From: a virus | Strand: one strand, 5' to 3' | DNA length: 64,000 bases | IMG/VR virus record: IMGVR_UViG_3300027631_000002 | Span: 96,001-160,000 of that record | Part shown: in pieces, positions 1 through 9,896 of the stretch | How positions within the stretch are numbered: the first letter of the stretch is position 1 | How the letters are laid out: the number at the start of each line of letters is the position of its first letter | Position numbers and translations under genes: made by a program | Notes under the pieces: model-generated | Databases searched by the model: none | What the model was told of the DNA's origin: nothing | The model's input: the letters and a program-made list of their open reading frames with translations, nothing else

Positions 1-2244
1 AGAGAAAACTTCACAGATGATTATCGAGTAGAATATTATTGGAAATGGTTTTCGGATAATGTACCACAATTCTTTCTATATGATTTTTATGGTGATCAAT
101 TATCTCGAACAACAACTGGATCATATTCATATGTTGGACCAACTCCTTTAAATAATATTGTTTTAAATAGAAATTCTAATACTGATTTATCTAAGGTTTC
201 TGTATCTGAATATCAACAAACAATTTTTGATAGAATTGATTATTCATTAAGTTATATTGATGATGAGGTTGACATTTCTACTTCTGTAGAACCACTTCAA
301 CTATTTGTTGGATTTCAATCACAAAATGAAGGAGCTCTTCGTTCTATACTACAATTGTATAAAAGAGAGGATATAAACTTTACTATTGAAACTAAAGAAG
401 ATACAGAAGTAATTTTACAAACATTGGATATAAATGGTCCTGATAAAAGAGGTTTAATATCTCTTAGTACATACTCAACTGAGTATTTTACTGATAAAGG
501 TTTAAAACCAGGTCAGCATATTGTAATCTATATTAAAGATAAGACTAGTCATATAAATCAGTATATATCATATAATAATGGTACTTTACTTAAAATTAGA
601 GAGGTTTATTCAAAATCTTTAATAGTAGATTTCTTTAATTTATCAACCGATATTATAGAACTAGAATCAACAACTGTTAATCATCCAACTGCAAATGATT
701 TACTTTATTTAAGTTTTGGTATTAAAGTTATTGATAAGGAAATAGGTAGATTTTTTACTTATGGTCAGACAGAAGAAGAAGATATTAGACACAAGATTGA
801 ATTAGGTAATGTTGGTAAACTAATTTCACCAGAAGATGTATTTATATTTAAACAATATGATATTGAAGAAGGTGGTATTGACTGGGTTTATTTGAATATG
901 AAGAGAAAGGAAATGTTGATGATGAAACATTTGATATATCCTTATATTGGATCTTATAAATCAATTATAAATGCTATAAACTTCTTTGGTTATAATGACT
1001 TGGAATTAAATGAATACTATAGAAATATTGATACCAACTCTGCTAATTTTTTAAAGTTATTTAAAGTTGAGATTCCTGATATTTTTGATAATAGTGTTGA
1101 AGGTTGGACTGAGAATGACTTTATTAAACATACGATGCCAAATGATAACTTTGAGGATACCAATTTATTTAATTTAACTTATTTTATTACTGATAAAGAA
1201 GGTAATAATACTTTAAACTATACATTAGATGAGGTTATTATAAAACTTCAAGGATTGAAATACTGGTTAAAGAAAAATATTATCCCTCTAACACATAAGA
1301 TACTTGATATTACTGGTAATGCTTACTTTACTGGAGGAACTCAAATACAACATAAATTACAAGATACTAGAATAGTAAATATTTATGATAATATGACACC
1401 GATTACATCTAAATTAAATGAAGCTTATCTTATGCCTGTAAATAGTGGTTCTACGGTGTATAACTGTGTATTAGATTTTTATTCAATTATTCCAGATGTT
1501 GGTGCAGATAAAACCAAAACTGGTTTAGTTGTACCACCAAAACCTTTTAATGGTAAGACACTAAATTTACCAGACTACTTTACTATTAAAATTAGAACTT
1601 ATAAAACATATAAAGAATGGGCACCGTTTGTTAGTTATGATTTTGGTGACAGAGTAACTTATTATGGTAAGTTATATGAATCAGTTTATCAAAGAGTAGA
1701 GTTTAACATGTTAGTGAATCTTACTAATAAAGTAAACTCTCCTAGAAAGTATGAAAATGTTACTAAATGGATATCTAACCAGTCATACTCGGAAACAAGT
1801 TTAGTTGAATATAATAGAGATATTTATGTTTTATTGAGTCCAACCCAATCAACTACTACACCATATTCTGATTTTACTACTAATATTCAAACTGAAACTT
1901 TTATTTGGAACAAAGTGACAGAGTGGAAGGAAATGGATTGGGATCCAGTTCAAACCATTTCGGAATTTAGACAAGGAAATGACTTATTGCCATTCAATTT
2001 TACATTAGACTCAAATATTGATCCATTTGTAGCAGTAGAGGTAGTATCTGATAATGGATATGGTTGTATTTATAATGATAAAAATAATTATGAAATAAGA
2101 GGATTAAAAGATTTAGTAGAGCCTTATAAACCTATTGAAACAATAGGACCATTTGTTCCTATTATAATCAATACTACACCACCAAGACGACCAAGACGTA
2201 TATTTACACAATTATCTTCACAGATTATAGAAGAAAACCCTTAG
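1..2244 (+). CDS. Large virion structural protein, probably baseplate or wedge associated (5'-truncated; frame open from base 1)
   Basis: Frame 1 has no stop from 1 to 2244. The YPYIGSYKSIINAINFFGYNDL segment resembles baseplate-wedge-type proteins of large myophages. Confidence 0.45.
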   Translation, partial: RENFTDDYRVEYYWKWFSDNVPQFFLYDFYGDQLSRTTTGSYSYVGPTPLNNIVLNRNSNTDLSKVSVSEYQQTIFDRIDYSLSYIDDEVDISTSVEPLQLFVGFQSQNEGALRSILQLYKREDINFTIETKEDTEVILQTLDINGPDKRGLISLSTYSTEYFTDKGLKPGQHIVIYIKDKTSHINQYISYNNGTLLKIREVYSKSLIVDFFNLSTDIIELESTTVNHPTANDLLYLSFGIKVIDKEIGRFFTYGQTEEEDIRHKIELGNVGKLISPEDVFIFKQYDIEEGGIDWVYLNMKRKEMLMMKHLIYPYIGSYKSIINAINFFGYNDLELNEYYRNIDTNSANFLKLFKVEIPDIFDNSVEGWTENDFIKHTMPNDNFEDTNLFNLTYFITDKEGNNTLNYTLDEVIIKLQGLKYWLKKNIIPLTHKILDITGNAYFTGGTQIQHKLQDTRIVNIYDNMTPITSKLNEAYLMPVNSGSTVYNCVLDFYSIIPDVGADKTKTGLVVPPKPFNGKTLNLPDYFTIKIRTYKTYKEWAPFVSYDFGDRVTYYGKLYESVYQRVEFNMLVNLTNKVNSPRKYENVTKWISNQSYSETSLVEYNRDIYVLLSPTQSTTTPYSDFTTNIQTETFIWNKVTEWKEMDWDPVQTISEFRQGNDLLPFNFTLDSNIDPFVAVEVVSDNGYGCIYNDKNNYEIRGLKDLVEPYKPIETIGPFVPIIINTTPPRRPRRIFTQLSSQIIEENP

Positions 2245-2262
2245 ATAAAATCTAAGGGTTTT
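2234..2262. terminator. Bidirectional intrinsic terminator
   Basis: aaaacccttaga-taaaa-tctaagggtttt hairpin between convergent genes. Confidence 0.8.
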
Positions 2263-2275
2263 TATTTTTTGATTA

Positions 2276-2935
2276 CTACTTTACTTCTTCAAATTCAATT
2301 TCTGTTTGATTACTTTTAACATCTTGAGTAACTCCTTCTTCAAAACAAGCAACCCAGTCTAAGACATCTGTTGAAACATTCTTACCAATAGTATCATAAT
2401 AGTTAAAAACTTTACTAACTGCACCAATTCTTTTAAGAATTTCAGAAAATGTATAAGTATCTTTTGTAAGACCTTTAACTTTATGTTCTGCAATTAAATG
2501 GTAGATATATGTTATCTCTGTTGCATCTACTAAGAATGGAATAGAGTCTGTATCATTTGTAAATTTATCTGCTCTCATAGTTCCTAGTATTTCTGTTAGT
2601 TCAATTGCTAAGAATATAGTATTTACATCATATTCTAATTTGCTTTGAATTAAATCACTTAAAAATTTCCATTGAACTCTATTTAAGTTAAAGTTATACT
2701 TAGTTGATTTTAATGCGTTTGTATAATTGATACAAAGTTCTTGAGCACTTTTATAAAGACTGTCTTTTTCTAATTCGGTTTTCCCTTTACCATTATTATT
2801 TTTGATAAAGTCTAATATTGCTTGATATTTATTATCTAGATTAGATTCAAAACCTTCTCCAATATTTTTATAATCTATATCATTTTCTGTAAAAATAACA
2901 CTTGGTTTAATTACGTTTGTTTGTATATCTGACAT
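2276..2935 (-). CDS. Hypothetical protein (219 aa)
   Basis: ORF track; no recognisable motif. Confidence 0.6.
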   Translation of the reverse strand: MSDIQTNVIKPSVIFTENDIDYKNIGEGFESNLDNKYQAILDFIKNNNGKGKTELEKDSLYKSAQELCINYTNALKSTKYNFNLNRVQWKFLSDLIQSKLEYDVNTIFLAIELTEILGTMRADKFTNDTDSIPFLVDATEITYIYHLIAEHKVKGLTKDTYTFSEILKRIGAVSKVFNYYDTIGKNVSTDVLDWVACFEEGVTQDVKSNQTEIEFEEVK

Positions 2936-2951
2936 ACTTTTTTAATTATTT

Positions 2952-3377
2952 TTATACGATAAAATCGTTATCTTTATCCTCTTTTTGCTCTGCAAATAAA
3001 GTTTCCACCTGATTGGCTCTACTAACCTTTTCAACACCATATTTTACTACAATTGATGAAAATGTATTAAAGTCAGTTCCTACTAACTTAATCTTTCCAC
3101 TTTCTAAATTCATGTTGATTTTATCAATTTCTTGTTCAATTAAGATAGTTCTTGATTCCTCATCAAAGGCATCCATTAAATCTTCATTGATAGTAATTTT
3201 TAAATCCTTTTTAAGAACAAATGCGTAGTCATCTGCAATTTTAGAGATTTTAATAAGTTGTTTTTGTTTTTTAACTCCGATAAATTCAAATTCTATTTTT
3301 ACCGGAAATGTTTTTTTATTAAAAACATCAAAAAAATCATTTATTGTATCTTCCGATAGCTCATAAAAATTATCCAT
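2952..3377 (-). CDS. Hypothetical protein (141 aa)
   Basis: ORF track; preceded by an AAAC-N17-TATAAT-type promoter. Confidence 0.6.
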   Translation of the reverse strand: MDNFYELSEDTINDFFDVFNKKTFPVKIEFEFIGVKKQKQLIKISKIADDYAFVLKKDLKITINEDLMDAFDEESRTILIEQEIDKINMNLESGKIKLVGTDFNTFSSIVVKYGVEKVSRANQVETLFAEQKEDKDNDFIV

Positions 3378-3425
3378 ATTATATTTTATATTTTTATATT
3401 ATAAAGAAATATAAAAGAAAGTTTA

Positions 3426-3857
3426 CTAATTTTTAAGTAAAAAGTAAGATATGATACCTAATATTGTTAAGGCAGGAATAAATTTATAATAAAGACTATT
3501 ATAAAGTTTAGGTGTCTCAAGTAGTGAGAATCCAATTACAATTAGATAAGAATATTTGTCAACTTTTTTAATCTCATATGATCTAAAAAGTTCAACTAAT
3601 CCTTTCGAATTTAGGAATCTCGCAACTTCTGCACTATATTCTCTAATATAAGTTTCTGATATTCTATCAATATCTGTTTTTTTTAGTGAATAAGCTTCAC
3701 CAACAAGCTCTTCAGGAACATTTAAAACAGTATATAATCGATAAGCATTATCGACTCTTATATTTAAGTTTTTCTCAAGATCTACTTTGTTCTCTTTAAC
3801 TATTCTTCTATAAGATAGAAAAAGTTTTAATTTTTTTAAAAAAGATATTTTGTTCAT
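3426..3857 (-). CDS. Hypothetical protein with C-terminal transmembrane helix
   Basis: Hydrophobic C-terminus FIPALTILGIISYFLL; directly downstream of the tape-measure-like gene. Confidence 0.6.
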   Translation of the reverse strand: MNKISFLKKLKLFLSYRRIVKENKVDLEKNLNIRVDNAYRLYTVLNVPEELVGEAYSLKKTDIDRISETYIREYSAEVARFLNSKGLVELFRSYEIKKVDKYSYLIVIGFSLLETPKLYNSLYYKFIPALTILGIISYFLLKN

Positions 3858-3890
3858 AATTATATTATATGTATTTATATGGTATTTGTT

Positions 3891-6800
3891 TTAAAACAAA
3901 TTAGTAAACCAGTTACCACCACCGCCACTATTTCCACCACCTACAACAGATTTAGTTTGTACCTGACCTTCAGATGCACCAGAAACATGTTGATCTAAAG
4001 TCATAGTAGTCTGATTTATATTACTTAATAATTGAATAATCATATCAAGTTGGTCATTCGTATTCATTTTTGATTTACCACCTTTGAGAGGTGCTGCTGT
4101 CGGTGCTAATTTTTTATCACCAACTACTGGACGCTTTGTTTTCGTGCCATCATATTCAACCAACTTACTAAATACACTTGCTCTTTCTTCAAGAGTTCTC
4201 ATCATATTTTCTAAATTATCCTTATTCATTGAAGCTAACACTGCTAAATTACCAGTTAGATTTCTTATTAGGCCAACCTTCTTACCATCTATTGATGAAA
4301 GTGCACCACCAAACTTCTTCAATGATGTTGCTAACTTATCATAAGCTCCTGCAATAGTAATCATACCTCTGGCTGCCTGTGAAATAGGATCTAATCCAAG
4401 TAATGATTTTACTCCACTAAAGAAACCAGAATTTTTATCAACACTGGTTAGGTAATTTGCTAGTTTTGCATAATCCATCACATTTTTGGATAAATTCTTC
4501 ATATAGTTAGGATCAATATTTTTTGAAAAATATTGTCTTCCTGACCAAATAGTTTTTGCCGCCTTCACTAATGAAAGTGCTACTAAATTAGTTTTCGCCA
4601 ATCCAAATAGACTTGTATTCATTAAACGATTACTTAGACTTTTGTATCCAGTTAAATTTCTCGTTAAACTTGGAACAAACGCATTATTCATAGGGGTAAA
4701 ATACCTTTTATTATTATGAATTATTTTTGCAGTCGATATCATTGAATACGCAATAAAGTTTATGTTCAAAAGACTAACCGGATCAACATCCATTAAATCG
4801 GTTGCAAGTTTAACATAACTTTTAATCGATTTTGATATGTTAGTTATCCATGTACTTGGTGGATAGGAATTCCAAATAGCTTTTTTAACTGTTCCAAATT
4901 TGTTTGCGACTGAAACTATCGCATTCGCAACTGATTTAATTCCATATACCATATCATTTGCGGCATCTGCACCTGAAGTAAACCAACCACTATTTTCACT
5001 CATATAAGTAAATACTGGTGCAAAAGCTTGTAAAGCTCCTCCAACATTTTTACCCCAATCTGCAGAAGGTGTATTTGATAAATCAAATTTAGACTTATTT
5101 ACACCAAACGCATCAGCTGCTGCAATTATACCATCTACAATAGTTAGTATACCTGCTTTCATATCTTCTGGAGTAACTTTTGTACTAAACATACCACCAC
5201 TACTAAGTGCTGCATATACAGGTGCAAAAGCGGCTATAGCACCACCAACTCCCTCTGCCCACTCTTTAGGTGGCCCACCTTTAAAACTATTTTTAACTTT
5301 AGGATCTGAAAAAAAGTTTGCCGCATCTACAATACCCATTGACACTGTTCTTATCGCTTGTGCAAAATCATCTGGACCAACTCCACCACCAAATAAACTC
5401 ATTATTTTATTTGCTGCCAACATTGCATAAACCGGTGAGAATGCTGCCAATGCAAGAGCAATTCCTCCTGCCCATTCTAATGTAGGTCCACCTGTAAAAT
5501 TACCTTTTGATAAGATTGCGGCCGAATCAACTATTGTTTGTGCAATCAATAAAACAGCTTCACCACCTGCAACTAATGCGGCCATTCCTAATCCAAACGA
5601 TAAAAGAATTACACTACCTAAACCAGCCATTGCTAAACCAAATGCAGTCAAACTTATACCAACACCCATTGCCCATCCTAAACCAGGATAGTTAGCATAT
5701 TTACCTTCTGATAAAATATAAGAAGCGGCAACTATTACTGCTGCAATCCCTACTATAGCAAGTGCTCCTAATGCTAGTGCTGCTCCACCAATACCAGTTT
5801 CAATTATTAAACCAAATACTGTGGCAATTAAACCAAATGCTAATATAGAAGCACCTGTACCAAGTGCCCATTTCCAACCAGGATAATTATCATATTTACC
5901 TTCTGAAATTAAAAGTGATGATACTGCTACAACTCCAGCTAGTATAATCATACATAATCCACCTTCTATAATCTTCTTAATTCCTATTTTTGCAAGTACA
6001 AAAGCGGCAAATCCCATTGCAATTGCGGATATCGCAAAAACAATAGAGAATACTACAATATTAAATAATAGAGCATAGTCAATTGGAGTAGTTTCCGCTA
6101 ATATTTTAGAAGATAACATAATTGCAATTGATAATGCAGTAAATAATAGAGGTAATACAACAACATCTCCCAGTTTTATGTTTTTAATTGCAGGAGCCAT
6201 TAGTTTTAAAGCAAATGCTAATACGACAAATATTATTGATATACCAATTGCTGTAATAAATTTAGCAAAAGTTATTGGAACTACCTCACCCAAATATTCT
6301 GATGATTTTGCTATTGCCATTGACATTGCTATAAGTAATAATGGCATCAATATTGCAGCAACTGCTGCCTGTGCTGGATCTAAACCTTTAAATGCACCTA
6401 TTAGTTTTTTAATCCCAAATGAAATTACTGTAAACATTGCTGCGATTAAAATACCTGTTATCGCTTGTGCAAATGATATCGGAACTATCATTTGTAATAC
6501 CCAAGATGATAGTGCAATTCCTAATGCAATTGCTGGTAATATTAGAGGTAAAAATAAAATAGCTTTTCCTAATGTTGATATATCGGCACCTAGTGCGTTT
6601 ATCAATTTTTTAATTCCAAATGCAATTACTGTAAACATACCTGCTATTAAGATTGCAGTAAATGCCTGAGCAAATGATATTGGTTTTACAAATGCCAATA
6701 CCCAAGATGATAGTGCAATTCCCAATGCAATTGCTGGTAATAAAATCGGTAGAAAAAGAATAGACTTACCTAATGTTACTATATTTTCTCCTAGTGCTAA

Positions 6801-7430
6801 TATCAATTTTTTAATTCCAAACGCAATTACTGTAAACATACCTGCGATTAAAATCGCTGTTATAGATTGACCAAATGATATTGGTTTTATAAAAGACAGA
6901 ACCCAAGATGATAACATAATAGCTATAGACATAATAACCATAACCTTACCAGCAGTAATTGCTTGTTCTACAGTTATTTTGGCTTCTGCTACTTTCTGAA
7001 ATGCGTGTGATATTAAAACTATTGCTAAACCGAGTGAGACAACTGATAGAAAATCAACTTTACCTATTATTTTAAATGCTAAACCAATTGCCAATACCGC
7101 AACCGCTATTAAAAGTATTGTAGTTACACCTTTTTTAAGATTACTTTGTTTTTTAGGATCTTCACCAGTTTCATCAATAGCATTCTTTTTATCAGAATCT
7201 TTCTTCTTTTGCATCTCTAAAATAGTATTCTGTTTCTCTAAAATCTTTTTAGTATCTGACTTAATAGACTTTAAACTAACTGAAATCTCAGTTAGTTGTT
7301 GTGAGAAATTACCACTTTGAAGTGCATTGGTAGTTGTAGTATTACTACCCTCTTTCTTCTCAAGTGCTTTTGAGATCATTTCAAGTGAATCTGATAAATT
7401 ATTTAATGCGTCTAATAACTGCTTATCCAT
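3891..7430 (-). CDS. Tape-measure-like tail protein
   Basis: About 1180 aa, Ala/Gly/Ile-rich amphipathic helices with about three ~65-aa internal repeats (KPISFAQA..AILIAGMFTVIAFGIKKLI). Likely start MDKQLL at 7430, after a late promoter. Confidence 0.7.
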   Translation of the reverse strand: MDKQLLDALNNLSDSLEMISKALEKKEGSNTTTTNALQSGNFSQQLTEISVSLKSIKSDTKKILEKQNTILEMQKKKDSDKKNAIDETGEDPKKQSNLKKGVTTILLIAVAVLAIGLAFKIIGKVDFLSVVSLGLAIVLISHAFQKVAEAKITVEQAITAGKVMVIMSIAIMLSSWVLSFIKPISFGQSITAILIAGMFTVIAFGIKKLILALGENIVTLGKSILFLPILLPAIALGIALSSWVLAFVKPISFAQAFTAILIAGMFTVIAFGIKKLINALGADISTLGKAILFLPLILPAIALGIALSSWVLQMIVPISFAQAITGILIAAMFTVISFGIKKLIGAFKGLDPAQAAVAAILMPLLLIAMSMAIAKSSEYLGEVVPITFAKFITAIGISIIFVVLAFALKLMAPAIKNIKLGDVVVLPLLFTALSIAIMLSSKILAETTPIDYALLFNIVVFSIVFAISAIAMGFAAFVLAKIGIKKIIEGGLCMIILAGVVAVSSLLISEGKYDNYPGWKWALGTGASILAFGLIATVFGLIIETGIGGAALALGALAIVGIAAVIVAASYILSEGKYANYPGLGWAMGVGISLTAFGLAMAGLGSVILLSFGLGMAALVAGGEAVLLIAQTIVDSAAILSKGNFTGGPTLEWAGGIALALAAFSPVYAMLAANKIMSLFGGGVGPDDFAQAIRTVSMGIVDAANFFSDPKVKNSFKGGPPKEWAEGVGGAIAAFAPVYAALSSGGMFSTKVTPEDMKAGILTIVDGIIAAADAFGVNKSKFDLSNTPSADWGKNVGGALQAFAPVFTYMSENSGWFTSGADAANDMVYGIKSVANAIVSVANKFGTVKKAIWNSYPPSTWITNISKSIKSYVKLATDLMDVDPVSLLNINFIAYSMISTAKIIHNNKRYFTPMNNAFVPSLTRNLTGYKSLSNRLMNTSLFGLAKTNLVALSLVKAAKTIWSGRQYFSKNIDPNYMKNLSKNVMDYAKLANYLTSVDKNSGFFSGVKSLLGLDPISQAARGMITIAGAYDKLATSLKKFGGALSSIDGKKVGLIRNLTGNLAVLASMNKDNLENMMRTLEERASVFSKLVEYDGTKTKRPVVGDKKLAPTAAPLKGGKSKMNTNDQLDMIIQLLSNINQTTMTLDQHVSGASEGQVQTKSVVGGGNSGGGGNWFTNLF

Positions 7431-7520
7431 AAAAGTATATATTAAAAAACTTAATCCTTTTAACATTTTATATATTTTTTACTATAATAAATAATAATAT
7501 ATAATAAATAAAATAATCAT

Positions 7521-7985
7521 ATGGAGATGGGACTAAAGAAGACTTTGAAGTACTATATTCTTGGTGAATCTTTAAAAGAAATTGAAGCTAATCGTATATT
7601 AGATAAAATTTCTAAAAAGAAAGCACTTTCCGATAGGGAAAAAAGATTTTTAGAATTATATAATCATAAATCTGAAGAAACTCCTAAAGACCATATGTAT
7701 TTGTCTAAGAATACAACTTGTGAGAGAGTTAGAAATTTACTTGATACTGGTAAGTCAGTAATTTGTGATTTGAGTGATAGAGATGGTAAAATTGGATTAC
7801 AAATTCTAAATATAGAGAATATTCACACTGATGATGATTGTACTGTATTTATGAAAGGAGATGAAACATATAAACTTCAAGATAGATTTTTATACAACAT
7901 AATTTATAATCAAAAATTAAACAAGTATTCCCTACAAGAACAAGGTGAATATTATGAAAAAATAGAGCAAAATAATGAAGATTAA
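7521..7985 (+). CDS. Hypothetical protein with ILDKIS..L...EK.FL helical motif
   Basis: ANRILDKISKKKALSDREKRFL; a similar motif ends ORF 47442..48143. Confidence 0.6.
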   Translation: MEMGLKKTLKYYILGESLKEIEANRILDKISKKKALSDREKRFLELYNHKSEETPKDHMYLSKNTTCERVRNLLDTGKSVICDLSDRDGKIGLQILNIENIHTDDDCTVFMKGDETYKLQDRFLYNIIYNQKLNKYSLQEQGEYYEKIEQNNED

Positions 7986-8256
7986 AAAATTTGATAACTT
8001 TATAAATGAAGTAAGTGGTACTGAGTTAGTTGGTCCAGAAATGGGTATGGGATTTGGTACAACTCCATTAAATAACAATACAATAAGTTCATCAGATACC
8101 TCAGTAATTTTTAGTGATATAAATAATACAATTTATACACTAGATGATTATAATCAATTATATCAAGATTATCTAAAAGCAGGTGGTGGACCATTAAATG
8201 GATTTACGAAAGAGAATTTAGATAAAATTATAGTTTCTTTACAGGAACAGCAGTAG
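7975..8256 (+). CDS. Small protein with capsid-targeting-like leader
   Basis: N-terminus MKIKKFDNFINE. Confidence 0.65.
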   Translation: MKIKKFDNFINEVSGTELVGPEMGMGFGTTPLNNNTISSSDTSVIFSDINNTIYTLDDYNQLYQDYLKAGGGPLNGFTKENLDKIIVSLQEQQ

Positions 8257-8301
8257 AATACAATATATATAACAAATTGATAAAAAAACAGAAATCAAGT
8301 T

Positions 8302-9633
8302 ATGAGTAAATTAGTTACCTTAAATGGTATAAATGATGAAGAACTATTAAATTCTTTATTTAGTAATGAAATATCTATTATAGAAGATATACAAGGAAGT
8401 AAAATTTGGGTTAATTGGAATGGTAAAGAATTCACGATTAAAACAAAGAGTATTTCAAGTGAGCCAATCAATCTTATAGATTTAGCAATGCAGAATTATT
8501 ATAATCCTGCAATTAATTATTTTAACTCTTTAGATAGTAGAGTAAAATCATTGTTAAATAGAAAGTGGTGGTTTTGTTTTGAGTATTTTCCAGACGAGCA
8601 ACCTGCTAATATAGAGTATAATAGAGTTCCTAAGAATAAATTGGTTTTAACAGCTATAAATAAAGCAGGTAAATATGAGTTTTTTTTAGAAGAATTAAAT
8701 GAATATGCAAGACTTTTTGATGTTGAGATTATACCAGTTGTTTTTCAAGGAAAACTAACTGATAAGATGATTGAGGCAATTAAATATTTTTTAAATACTA
8801 GTGAAGAAGATTTAGATTATATTTTTGGTGAAAAGTCATTTACATTTTTCTTTTATAAGATATTAAATCCACTTTCGGAAGGTTCATTTTTAATGGATGA
8901 TGATTTTCAAAAGAATATTGAGAAATTGATTATTAGAAATAACTCGGATGATATGTCATTTGAATTATTAAATCCTTTATATACAAGACTAGGTGAAAAT
9001 AATGATACTGAGTTTGTTGAGATATACACATTGATATTGATAAACTTTTTAAACTTCTGTCAATCTGTTGATTTGAAAGATATAAAGTTAAAAGGTTCAT
9101 CAAAAGATGAAATTTATATCTATTTAATATGTAAACTTTATAATATATATATTAGTGAAGTAAAACAGGATCTATTAGACTTTGATTTTGTAGTACCAGA
9201 ATTTTTTGATAAAGATAAATTTAAAATAAATACAGAACTTATTCTAAATAAAGTAACTAAAGAATATTTATCAGAGTCTGAAAAACTTGAATATATTTTC
9301 AAGGTTATTCTTGGTTCATTTAGTAAGAAAAGAAAAAAAGCAATTGGTATATTCACTGATAATACAGTAAAACTATTCAATAAGTTTATTGATGATATTG
9401 AAGATCATATTGGAACTTACTTACAAAGAATTAGTGAGATAGAATTGACGAGAGCGGGTTTATTAGATTTTGGAGACTTCTTTGATATTCAATATGATGT
9501 TGATGGAGAGGGAGAAGTTTATCCAGATGTTTACTCTGAATTTGAAAAAGGAGTATCAAATGATAAAAAGAAAAAGGGTAAGGGTGGTAAAATGCCAATA
9601 GAACCAATAAATACAACAAAAAAACCCATATAA
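8302..9633 (+). CDS. Rnl2/ATP-dependent-ligase-like protein with degenerate motif I
   Basis: IEDIQGSKIWV aligns to ligase motif I (EKxDGS) but lacks Lys; followed by FCFEYF and EKLII. Confidence 0.4.
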   Translation: MSKLVTLNGINDEELLNSLFSNEISIIEDIQGSKIWVNWNGKEFTIKTKSISSEPINLIDLAMQNYYNPAINYFNSLDSRVKSLLNRKWWFCFEYFPDEQPANIEYNRVPKNKLVLTAINKAGKYEFFLEELNEYARLFDVEIIPVVFQGKLTDKMIEAIKYFLNTSEEDLDYIFGEKSFTFFFYKILNPLSEGSFLMDDDFQKNIEKLIIRNNSDDMSFELLNPLYTRLGENNDTEFVEIYTLILINFLNFCQSVDLKDIKLKGSSKDEIYIYLICKLYNIYISEVKQDLLDFDFVVPEFFDKDKFKINTELILNKVTKEYLSESEKLEYIFKVILGSFSKKRKKAIGIFTDNTVKLFNKFIDDIEDHIGTYLQRISEIELTRAGLLDFGDFFDIQYDVDGEGEVYPDVYSEFEKGVSNDKKKKGKGGKMPIEPINTTKKPI

Positions 9634-9658
9634 TAATGGGTTTTTCTAATATAAAAAT

Positions 9659-9880
9659 ATGAAAGAAATAAATTTAAAAACAAAATCGATCAATGTTGAA
9701 ACAAAGTCAAGACAACTTAAATGTGATTATTCTAGAGAGTTGGTTAAAGATCTTAATTCTTTCCATAATATTGATGTAGAGGCAGAATTAGTAAGACTAT
9801 TAGATAGTGAAATTAAGACATCAATTAGGAAACAAAGTAGAAAGAAAAAAATTGAAAATTTAACGAAACATACTGACTAA
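9659..9880 (+). CDS. Mini-protein homologous to the backbone-helix segment of T4-type major capsid protein gp23
   Basis: VETKSRQLKCDYSRELVKDLNSFHNIDVEAELVRLLDSEI resembles gp23 (IEAKSRQLKAAYSIELAQDLRAVHGMDADAELSGILATEI, recalled from memory). Confidence 0.7.
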   Translation: MKEINLKTKSINVETKSRQLKCDYSRELVKDLNSFHNIDVEAELVRLLDSEIKTSIRKQSRKKKIENLTKHTD

Positions 9881-9896
9881 TTTTCATATAAAAACT

